Shown here one piece after another: positions 43,734-51,465 of a stretch of 64,000 bases of DNA. The notes below the pieces were generated by a model. It was not told the DNA's origin and made no database searches. It worked only from the letters and a program-made list of their open reading frames with translations. Position 1 is the stretch's first letter; each line of letters begins with the position of its first letter. Position numbers and translations under genes: made by a program. The stretch is from contig JAKAAX010000006.1 in the NCBI GenBank assembly GCA_021802125.1, positions 7,633 through 71,632 of the forward strand, given 5' to 3'. Source of the stretch: Thermoplasmata archaeon (GTDB lineage: Archaea; Thermoplasmatota; Thermoplasmata; Lutacidiplasmatales; UBA184).

Positions 43734-45860
43734 TCAGGGGTGCAGGTGGATGAGGGTCGGGAGGTTGTACTGGACGATGACGGTGATGAACAGGATCGAG
43801 ATCGTGTTGACCACCTTGATGAGCGGGTTGATCGCGGGGCCCGCCGTGTCCTTCGTCGCGTCGCCCACGGTGTCGCCCACCACGGCGGCCTTGTGCGCGT
43901 CGGACTTCTTGCCCCCGTAGTGCCCCTGCTCGATGTACTTCTTCCCGTTGTCCCACGCGCCGCCGCCCGTGGTCATGAAGATCGCGAGGGGGAGCCCGGA
44001 GAGGATGACCCCGATGAGGAGCCCGCCGAGCGCGATCGGCCCGAGGAGGAGCCCCACGGCGATCGGGGTCACAACGCCGATGGCGGCGGGGAGCATCAGC
44101 TCGTGGAGCGCGGTGCGGGTCACGATGTCGACGCACGTGCCGTACTCCGGCTTGCCCGTGCCCTCCATGATCCCTTTGATCGTCTTGAACTGGCGGCGGA
44201 CCTCCTGGACCACGGCCTGGGCGGCGGTCCCGACGGCGCGCATCAGGAAGGCCGTGAAGAAGAACGGAAGCACGGCTCCGATGATGAGCCCCACGACGAC
44301 GGTCGGGCTGTTGATCGCGAGGTCGCTCGCGTTGATCGGGGGCAGGTTGAGGGAGTTCGCGACGCTGCCGGCCGCCTGGGTGTAGGCCGCGAAGAGCACG
44401 AGGGCGGCGAGGGCCGCGGAGCCCACCGCGTACCCCTTCGTGACGGCCTTCGTGGTGTTCCCGACGGCGTCCAGGGGGTCGGTGATCTCGCGCGCCTCCT
44501 TCGGGAGGTTCGCCATCTCCGCGATGCCGCCCGCATTGTCGGTGATGGGGCCGAACGCGTCGATGGAGATGATCATCCCGGTCGCCGAGAGCATGCTCGC
44601 CGCGGCGAGCCCGATCCCGTAGAGCCCGAAGTGCGTCGCGTCGACGCCGCTGGGGGCGGAGAGGTACATCACGCCGAAGGAGACCAGGGTCCCCGCGACG
44701 ATCGTGAGGGCGGGGATGATGGTGGACTCGAGCCCCACCGCCATCCCTTCGATGACGACCGGGCCGGGACCGCTCTGGGCCGCCTTCGCGATGGCCTCGA
44801 CGGGGCGGTGGATCCCCGTGTAGAAGTCCGTGGAGAAGATGATCACGACCATCACGATGAGCCCCATCGTGCTGGCGATGAACACCGGGAACCAGGAGCT
44901 GCCCATCAGGGAGTAGGAGAGCACCGCGAGGCCGACGATGCCCACGATCGTCGTCCCGATCATCCCCTTGTAGAGCGCGCCCATGATGTTCGTGCTCCCC
45001 TTCGACATCCGGACCAGGGGGAACCCGACGAGGGTGGCCACGATGGCCCACGCCCCGATCACGAGGGGGAAGATGATCGCGTTGCCGAGCTTCGCGACCA
45101 CGTCCGTGAGCAGGAACGCGAGGAGCATCGTCGAGACCGCCGTCACGACGTAGGTCTCGAACAGGTCGGCCGCCATGCCCGCGCAGTCGCCGACGTTGTC
45201 CCCGACATTGTCCGCGATGACCGCGGGGTTCCGGGGGTCGTCCTCGGGGATCCCGGCCTCGACCTTCCCGACGAGGTCCGCCCCGACGTCCGCGCCCTTG
45301 GTGTAGATGCCCCCTCCGACCCGTGCGAAGAGGCTCATGAGCGACGCGCCGAAGATGAACCCGGTCATGTCCAGGATGTTCCCGCCGTAGCCGATGTAGA
45401 ACCCGATGAGGCCGAGCAGGGCGAACCCTGCGACGGAGAGCCCCGTGACGGAGCCTCCCTGGAAGGCGAACCGCATCGCGGCGTCGAGGTCGCCCTTCTT
45501 GGCGACCTGGGCCGTGCGGACGTTCGCACGGACGGAGACGTACATCCCTACGTACCCCGCGAGGGCGCTTCCCGCGGCACCCACGACGAACCCGAGGGCG
45601 AGACGGCCGCTGGTGGTCCAGCCTCCGGACCCGGTGGAGAGCCCCACCAGGATCAGGACGGCAAGCACCGCGCCTACGACGGCGACGGTCTTGTACTCTC
45701 TAGAGAGGAAAGCCTCCGCGCCCTCGCGGACGGCGTTGGAGATCGCCCGCATCTTCTCGTCCCCCTCCTCGGCGCGCAGGACAAGGATCGATTGGCCCCC
45801 GGCATACCCAAGGGCAAGGATGGCGGCGAGCAGCACTAGCACTTCGAGTGTCGAGACCAA
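43734..45860 (-). CDS. hppA: membrane-bound proton/sodium-translocating pyrophosphatase
   Basis: 708 aa. GGIYTKGADVGADLVGKVE, DDPRNPAVIADNVGDNVGDCAGMAADLFETY and GGAWDNGKKYIE are present. The start is TTG, preceded by the SD-like GGGGGAG. Confidence 0.95.
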   Translation of the reverse strand: MVSTLEVLVLLAAILALGYAGGQSILVLRAEEGDEKMRAISNAVREGAEAFLSREYKTVAVVGAVLAVLILVGLSTGSGGWTTSGRLALGFVVGAAGSALAGYVGMYVSVRANVRTAQVAKKGDLDAAMRFAFQGGSVTGLSVAGFALLGLIGFYIGYGGNILDMTGFIFGASLMSLFARVGGGIYTKGADVGADLVGKVEAGIPEDDPRNPAVIADNVGDNVGDCAGMAADLFETYVVTAVSTMLLAFLLTDVVAKLGNAIIFPLVIGAWAIVATLVGFPLVRMSKGSTNIMGALYKGMIGTTIVGIVGLAVLSYSLMGSSWFPVFIASTMGLIVMVVIIFSTDFYTGIHRPVEAIAKAAQSGPGPVVIEGMAVGLESTIIPALTIVAGTLVSFGVMYLSAPSGVDATHFGLYGIGLAAASMLSATGMIISIDAFGPITDNAGGIAEMANLPKEAREITDPLDAVGNTTKAVTKGYAVGSAALAALVLFAAYTQAAGSVANSLNLPPINASDLAINSPTVVVGLIIGAVLPFFFTAFLMRAVGTAAQAVVQEVRRQFKTIKGIMEGTGKPEYGTCVDIVTRTALHELMLPAAIGVVTPIAVGLLLGPIALGGLLIGVILSGLPLAIFMTTGGGAWDNGKKYIEQGHYGGKKSDAHKAAVVGDTVGDATKDTAGPAINPLIKVVNTISILFITVIVQYNLPTLIHLHP

Positions 45861-45899
45861 GGGAACTCCCCCGTTTCGGGTCTCGGCGGATGGACCCCC

Positions 45900-45907
45900 T
45901 TATAAAA
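45900..45907 (-). promoter_or_regulatory. TATA box (TTTTATAA on the minus strand) for hppA
   Basis: It lies 40-47 nt upstream of the TTG start, implying a short SD-bearing leader. Confidence 0.55.
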
Positions 45908-45976
45908 GCCCTGCACGGGGAGTCGCGAGGTCCGCGAGCCAGGGATTTCCTGCCCCGGCCCCCCTCCGGACCCTCC

Positions 45977-46447
45977 TCAGCCCCCGGACCTGCGCAGCAA
46001 GAGCCGGGCGCGGTGCTCTTCGAACGTGACGGTGAACGCCCGGAAGATCGAGTCGCGTCCGAGCACGACGTACGGGATCCGGCCGGGGTCCCGGGGGACC
46101 GAGACGGGGAGGCGCGCGAACCGGTGGATGACCTTGCCCTTGTGCAGCACCTCGAGGGTCAGCAGGCCGTCGAAGGTCGAGAAGTCCCCCCCTCCCCCTC
46201 CCGCGACGGGACCCGGGGTCAGGTGGAGGCCGACCTCCTCGGCGATCTCGACGGGAACGAAGGAGCTGGTCGCGCCGGAGTCCGCGAGCGCGACGGTGCG
46301 AAGGGTCCCCCGCCGTCCACGCAGCCGGACGTGAAGGAGCGGGAAGGCGATCCGCCGACGGTTCAGCGTGAAGAGGAGGTAGTCCTGGACGTAGCGAGCG
46401 TCCTTGGTCCCCTTCTTCCGCCTACGGACCCGAGGCGTGCTCCCCAC
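45977..46447 (-). CDS. retropepsin-like (clan AA) aspartic protease
   Basis: The active-site context is ALADSGATSSFV, followed by a C-terminal VVLGRDSI dimerisation-type strand. 156 aa. Confidence 0.7.
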   Translation of the reverse strand: MGSTPRVRRRKKGTKDARYVQDYLLFTLNRRRIAFPLLHVRLRGRRGTLRTVALADSGATSSFVPVEIAEEVGLHLTPGPVAGGGGGDFSTFDGLLTLEVLHKGKVIHRFARLPVSVPRDPGRIPYVVLGRDSIFRAFTVTFEEHRARLLLRRSGG

Positions 46448-46453
46448 CTCCGG

Positions 46454-46678
46454 TCAACGGACCCGCGGAGGGTGCGTTCGCGCCAGTCCCTCCCGCGGAA
46501 GGACCTTCATCACGAAGGGCTCCTCCCTCGGGTGCTTCACCCGGGCGCGAGCGAGGCACGCGCACAGGTCGGTGCCGGTCTCCACCACACAGTCGTTGAC
46601 CAGGACGATCCACTCGCCGCGATGTTCCTCGGCCCGAAAGTCCACCGGGAGGAGGCTCTTGCCGCCGGGACCGCTCAT
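46454..46678 (-). CDS. DUF5678-like small protein
   Basis: 74 aa. HRGEWIVLVNDCVVETGTDLCACLARARVKHPREEPFVMKV matches the gkWVAi-vdgkVva-g-dl pattern. It lies 6 nt upstream of the protease gene. Confidence 0.5.
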   Translation of the reverse strand: MSGPGGKSLLPVDFRAEEHRGEWIVLVNDCVVETGTDLCACLARARVKHPREEPFVMKVLPREGLARTHPPRVR

Positions 46679-46753
46679 ATCCCACTATCGGTGACGCACG
46701 CCATAACCCTTCCCTCCGAGGCGGAAGGAAAGGGTCCGACCCGCCCGGGAGGG

Positions 46754-46818
46754 AACGCCATCAGCTCGCCCATCAATCATCATCGTTCAGCCGGTTCTAG
46801 GCGTCATCATCTGGCGCC
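46754..46818 (-). ncRNA. C/D box sRNA (2'-O-methylation guide)
   Basis: The minus strand has C AUGAUGA (46810-46804), a 13-nt guide, D' CUGA (46790-46787), a 3-nt loop, C' AUGAUGA (46783-46777), a 12-nt guide and D CUGA (46764-46761). The terminal stem is CGCCA/UGGCG. Confidence 0.8.
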
Positions 46819-46878
46819 GGAGGCAAGCGCGCCCGTCGCGTAAAGGTGTCGCATCGAGTGGGGAAGGAGGAAGGCGGC

Positions 46879-47370
46879 CTAATCGGGCACGGTCTCGTGC
46901 CTCAGCTCGCGGTCGAACCGCTCGCGGAGGGCGGGGAGGGAAAGGCCGCGCCGGGAGGCCACCAGCAGGGCCGCAGCCGCGGGAAGCACCCCCAGGTCGG
47001 AGGCCACCTTCCCGGTCTCCTCCCGGAGCCGGCCCGCGTCCTCTCCGGTCGAGGCGCGCACCTCCTCCAGGACCCGGGTGAGCAGGTCGGGCGCTGCCGC
47101 CGACCGCGCGGACGGACGGAGATCGGCAGGAGGTCGGTAGGTGATCGGGACCGCGACCGCATCCAGCTCCGGGGCCCCCACTAGGGTACCTGGAGTGGGG
47201 CCCGGGAGCAAGAGCCGCTCCGTCTGCATCGCGCCGACGAGCTGCTCGGCCTCGCTCGGACGGAACCATCGAAGTTGCGCGTAGAGCGCCTCCACGAACT
47301 CCTTCGGCGGGGAAGGTTTGTGCCCGAGCAGGTCCCAGAGCCGGGTGGCTACGATCCTGAGGTCATCCAT
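46879..47370 (-). CDS. DUF2240-like archaeal protein
   Basis: ATG 47370 is in frame within track ORF 46879..47787. KEFVEALYAQLRWFRPSEAEQLVGAMQTERLL matches the DUF2240 N-domain pattern. Confidence 0.6.
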   Translation of the reverse strand: MDDLRIVATRLWDLLGHKPSPPKEFVEALYAQLRWFRPSEAEQLVGAMQTERLLLPGPTPGTLVGAPELDAVAVPITYRPPADLRPSARSAAAPDLLTRVLEEVRASTGEDAGRLREETGKVASDLGVLPAAAALLVASRRGLSLPALRERFDRELRHETVPD

Positions 47371-48092
47371 CGGGTCAGCACCTCCTTGGCCGGGAAGATC
47401 TCCCCCTGCGCACCGGCCGAGACCGCCTCCTGGGGAGCGGGCGGGACGAAGGGCCCTCCCACGTACGTGGGCCCTCCGGCTGCGACGCGACGGACGAGCG
47501 CCCAGTCCACGGTCTCCTCCTGGCTCGAGAGGATCACTTCCCGGATGCCCCGCTCCCGGGCCGCGCTGACCAGGTCCTCCACCGACGCGTCCGCCAGGTC
47601 CGAGTCGTTCGAGACGATCTTCCCCTCGGACCGCTGGACGTCGAGGACGACCTGGGAGGAGAGCTTGAGCGAGCGAGAGATCTCCCGTCCGTCCCGCAGG
47701 CTGGCCGTGCTGATGACCACCTTCGACGCCCCGGCGACGAGCACGTCCATCATCTGGTCGGCGTCCCGGCAGCCGGCATCGACCCACATCTCCTGCCCAC
47801 GCGTGAGCTCCTGGAGGTACTCGAACTGGGGGCGCTGGTAGTGGACCCCTTCGACGTCCACCACGTAGATGCGGTGATAGATCGAGAGCAGGTGGTCGAC
47901 CGCGTCAAAGACGTCGACCGGCTCCCCCTCGGGCCCCACCAGCGCCAGGTTACGCTCCGTCTTTCGGTCCGGGAACACGATCCTCCCCCGCTCCAGGAAG
48001 ATGCAGGGGAAGAGCAGGTCCTCCTCCCGGGGTTCGGACGACTTGCCGGGGGTGGTGGATAGCGGGGATCTGGCGCGAGTGGGCACGGGCAC
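47349..48092 (-). CDS. HisA/HisF-related TIM-barrel protein (COG1411-like)
   Basis: IYVVDVEGV....QEMWVDAGCRD....GASKVVISTASL....VVLDVQRSEGKIV is a (beta-alpha)8 ProFAR-isomerase-like pattern. The start is uncertain. Confidence 0.5.
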   Translation of the reverse strand: MPVPTRARSPLSTTPGKSSEPREEDLLFPCIFLERGRIVFPDRKTERNLALVGPEGEPVDVFDAVDHLLSIYHRIYVVDVEGVHYQRPQFEYLQELTRGQEMWVDAGCRDADQMMDVLVAGASKVVISTASLRDGREISRSLKLSSQVVLDVQRSEGKIVSNDSDLADASVEDLVSAARERGIREVILSSQEETVDWALVRRVAAGGPTYVGGPFVPPAPQEAVSAGAQGEIFPAKEVLTRWMTSGS

Positions 48093-48235
48093 GCCGCGAA
48101 GATGCGTACGCCCCCCATGTAGGTTCCTCGCGCGCGTCCCCCCCGGTCCCCCTCCCCCCCAAGGCCGACCATCGGCGGGCCGCGAGGCGGACCCGTCTCC
48201 ACGCTAGAGGTATGAGCGGGGGACGTTTGGGCCCC

Positions 48236-48556
48236 GCGCCAGGAGGAGGTGGGCAGTTGACGGTACCTAGGCCTCGCAAGGGGTCGGGCGCTGAGGAAAG
48301 TCCCCACTCCGGGAACCAGGGGGGCGGGCGCAAGCCCGCCGGGCGAGAGCCCGAGCCACGGAGCAGACACGACACAGCCGGAGGGTACGAGGAATCGGAA
48401 CAGCCGAGGAGATTCCTTCCGGAAATGTTGAAACGGCCGTCTCCCCCGGAGCAAGCCCGAAGGCCCGGCATGAGCGCGGTTCCGCGACCGGCGAGATGGG
48501 CGCGCAGTCGAATGCTGTCGGAACAGAATGGGGCTTACGACCTCGACCTGGCCCGC
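48236..48556 (+). ncRNA. rnpB: RNase P RNA (archaeal type A-like)
   Basis: CR-I is GAGGAAAGUCC at 48293-48303. CR-V is ACAGAAUGGGGCUUAC at 48522-48537. A UGAAACGGC element lies near 48428. A GNRA-capped P3 candidate lies at 48270-48285. The P1 candidate pairs GCCAGG-AG-GAGGU (48238-48250) with ACCUC-GA-CCUGGC (48540-48552). Ends are accurate to about +/-30 nt. Confidence 0.85.
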
Positions 48557-48582
48557 CCGTCAGGCAACTGGCGGGCGGTTTA
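48553..48582 (+). terminator. stem-loop plus U-tract after RNase P RNA
   Basis: A 7-bp stem pairs CCGCCCG (48553-59) with CGGGCGG (48572-78) and is followed by TTTA. Confidence 0.3.
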
Positions 48583-48903
48583 CCCCACCCCCGTGGCCTG
48601 AGGCCCCAGCCGGCCGTGCGGCGCGAGGGAGCGGAACGCGAGATCGACGCTCCCGTCCTCCCGATCTCTCGATCGAGTTCGACCCCTCCGAGCGGAACGG
48701 CCAACTGACGAGGGGAACCTGACTCCCCAGGAAGTTCCTCAGGGCATTCAAGGTCGGGGCACCGTCGTGGAGACGCCCTACGAACTCGAGGCCCTCACCG
48801 GGGGGACGCTCCGTCGGTCGCTCCTCGGCGAGCCCGCCCCCCAGCCCGCGGCAGAGCGTCCCTGAAATGTCACCTTGATACGGCCCGCACCCGTATTGTC
48901 GAC

Positions 48904-49998
48904 ATGGCCCCTGACCCCGAGGAATCCCCTCGGGCGGCGCTCCACCGTCTCTCCGGAGGTTACCGGACGACGCAGGCCGTCTACGTCATGGCACGGTTGG
49001 GCGTGGCGGACCGTCTCGCATCGGGACCCAAGGACGCCCTCACGCTGGCCCGAGAGGTGGGGGCGGATCCCGACCGTCTCCACCGCGTCCTTCGGATGCT
49101 GGTCTCCCTGGGGGTGCTGACGATGGATGAGCTCGGACGTTTCGGTCTCTCCGACGTCGGGGAGCTCCTGAGGAGCGAGGTCCGGGGGTCGATGTTCGCT
49201 TTCGCGATCTTCCAGGGAGAAGAACCCTACCGGGCCTTCGGGGAGCTCCTCCATACCGTCCAGAAGGGAGAGGCCGCGTTCGATCACATCTACGGTACGG
49301 GCCACTTCGAGTACCTCGCCCAGCATCCCGAAGCGAGATCCACTTTCCACCGCGCCATGGCGAGCACGATCGCCTCCATGGGCAGCCCCCTCCGAGGCTA
49401 CGAGATGGGAGGGCACAAGGTCATGGTCGACGTGGGCGGGGGGAACGGGGAGCTCCTCTCCGAAACCCTCCGGTCGCACCCGTCGCTCCGGGGCCTCCTC
49501 TTCGACCTCCCGGAGGCCGTGAAGGGGGCCCAGGCCTGCTTCTCCGAGGCCGGTGTCGCGGACCGTTGCGAGGTCCGCACCGGGTCCGCCTTCGAATCCG
49601 TTCCGGCCGGGGGAGACCTCTACGTGATGTCGAGAGTGCTCCACGACTGGCCCGACGAGAGGGCCCGTCTCTTGCTCACCAACTGTCACCGCGCGATGAA
49701 GCCCGACGGCACGCTCCTGCTCATCGAGAGCGTCCTTCCCGAGCCTCGCGCGCCCGCGCCCCTTCTCTCGCGGGACCTCATGATGATGGTGATGAACGGG
49801 GGACGGGAGCGTACCGAACGGGAGTGGCGCTCGCTGTTGGAATCCGGCGGGTTCGCCCTCTCCCGCGTCCATGGCGCCGACGGAACTTTCCGTCTGATCG
49901 AGGCCAGCCCTCTCCCACCGCACGTGGACCACGCTTCAGGCGCCGGCGCCCCCGAGACCGACGCTTCGGCAGGGCGCCGTCGGTCCCACCCTGGCTGA
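48904..49998 (+). CDS. class I SAM-dependent O-methyltransferase (family 2, with N-terminal dimerisation/wHTH domain)
   Basis: Motif I is VMVDVGGGNGELL. LLFDLPEAV and YVMSRVLHDWPDE are present, with the catalytic His context. A TATA-like CTTGATAC lies about 25-30 nt upstream of the ATG. Confidence 0.85.
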   Translation: MAPDPEESPRAALHRLSGGYRTTQAVYVMARLGVADRLASGPKDALTLAREVGADPDRLHRVLRMLVSLGVLTMDELGRFGLSDVGELLRSEVRGSMFAFAIFQGEEPYRAFGELLHTVQKGEAAFDHIYGTGHFEYLAQHPEARSTFHRAMASTIASMGSPLRGYEMGGHKVMVDVGGGNGELLSETLRSHPSLRGLLFDLPEAVKGAQACFSEAGVADRCEVRTGSAFESVPAGGDLYVMSRVLHDWPDERARLLLTNCHRAMKPDGTLLLIESVLPEPRAPAPLLSRDLMMMVMNGGRERTEREWRSLLESGGFALSRVHGADGTFRLIEASPLPPHVDHASGAGAPETDASAGRRRSHPG

Positions 49999-50209
49999 GC
50001 AGAGCTCCGCGCGCTCCTCCACGCCCGGACCTTCGGGCAAGCTCGAGGACCTGTCGAGAGGCGGGGTCGCGAGGGGGTGATATCCTGGGAGATCGGGCCC
50101 GCTACCCACGTGCCCGTCACGAACCGGGCGCTTCCTGAGGGTTTCCGGGCCACAGGCTGGTGGGGGACCTACCCCTCGACCGTCAGCCCTTACACGATAA
50201 GCTTTAGAC

Positions 50210-51274
50210 GTGAACCAAGGTGAAGGAGATGGCCCTGGCGGCGCGGGGCCCAAGGGGGGAGTCTTGGACAAGCTCGACATCGCCCTTCTTCGCGAGCTCA
50301 CCCAGGCCGGGACGGTCTGGCCGGCCAATCCCCACCTGTCCTCCTCCCACCGCGCCATCGCCCGGAAGCTGGGGGTCTCTGCGGGCACGGTCCGGAACCG
50401 GGTCCTGCGCATGACGCGGAGCGGGTTCCTCCAGGGCATCCGGGTGTACGCGAATCCCGGGGTCCTCGGGCTGCTCTCAGGGTCCTACACCCTCGAGACC
50501 CCGCCGGGTTCGCGGCGAGGCGAGACGATCGCCCGGCTCTCGCAGGTCGAAGGCATCGTCTTCTTCGAGAACTTCCACGGGTCGTTGCTCGGGCTCGGGG
50601 TCGTCGCCGAGGACGAGGTCGGCATGCAGAGGCTGCTCGCCGAGATCGACAAGGCCGTCGGGTCCAAGCGCGGGACCTACACCCCGGTCCATCATCCCCC
50701 CTGCGCGGTCCGACCGACCGAGGCCGAGTGGGCGCTCCTCTCCCGCATCGTACCGGACGGGTTCCGCTCCTACCGTGAGCTTTCCAGTGCGCTCGGCGTC
50801 CCCATCCGCACCCTCAAGCGACGCGTCGCGAGGCTCGCCCGGGGAGGCGCCCTGCTCTCCTTTCCCCGTCTCGACTACCGCGCCCTCAACGGCGGCATCA
50901 CCGCGGAGCTCCTGATCTCCTACGTCCCGGGTCCGGCCAAGGATGCGTGCAGGGCCAAGGTCCTGAACGGTCTCGAACCGTGGATGACGTACGCCGGCGT
51001 CTGGGAGGAGTTCGAGGTCTATCGGCTGATCCTGCCCAACCCCTCGGTGGGCACGGAGCTGGCCGAGGCGCTGGCCGCCGACCCCGGGGTCGCCATGTCG
51101 AGGTTCGAGCTCGTCGACGGCGTCTACGATCGCTTCGAGTCTCTCCTCCCGCACATCGCCCGACGTTGCGGACGGAGATACGGCACGTCCCCCGGGCCCC
51201 TCCCACCGAGCTCGCCCTCGAGGTCGCGGCAACGGGCGGGCGCCCCGCGCGGACGTTCCCGAACACCGTCCTAG
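50210..51274 (+). CDS. tandem Lrp/AsnC-type winged-helix transcriptional regulator
   Basis: There are two HTH modules: LDIALLRELTQ...HRAIARKLGVSAGTVRNRVLRM and EWALLSRIV...YRELSSALGVPIRTLKRRVARL. Each is followed by an alpha/beta ligand-type domain. The likely true start is TTG 50264 (MDKLDIALL), which has an SD-like GGGGGGAG. Confidence 0.7.
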   Translation: MNQGEGDGPGGAGPKGGVLDKLDIALLRELTQAGTVWPANPHLSSSHRAIARKLGVSAGTVRNRVLRMTRSGFLQGIRVYANPGVLGLLSGSYTLETPPGSRRGETIARLSQVEGIVFFENFHGSLLGLGVVAEDEVGMQRLLAEIDKAVGSKRGTYTPVHHPPCAVRPTEAEWALLSRIVPDGFRSYRELSSALGVPIRTLKRRVARLARGGALLSFPRLDYRALNGGITAELLISYVPGPAKDACRAKVLNGLEPWMTYAGVWEEFEVYRLILPNPSVGTELAEALAADPGVAMSRFELVDGVYDRFESLLPHIARRCGRRYGTSPGPLPPSSPSRSRQRAGAPRGRSRTPS

Positions 51275-51465
51275 TCCGGAAAGGTCCGCGCCGCGTGGCC
51301 CCTCGACGAACCGCGGGCGCGGAGGGCGCCTTGGCACTTTTGTTCACTCCGTCTTAACACGCGTCTATGACCATCCCGCCCCGTACCCGTTCGGACAAAG
51401 GCTGAGCCCTTTCCCTGAATGGTCGCGGCCGGTCCATTCGAGGAGCGAGTCCGGCTGTCGGTTCG

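Noticed and set aside
48212-48722. Protein-coding ORFs across 48.2-48.7 kb.
   Set aside because: The region is occupied by the RNase P RNA signature sequences, and the ORFs have shadow-type composition.
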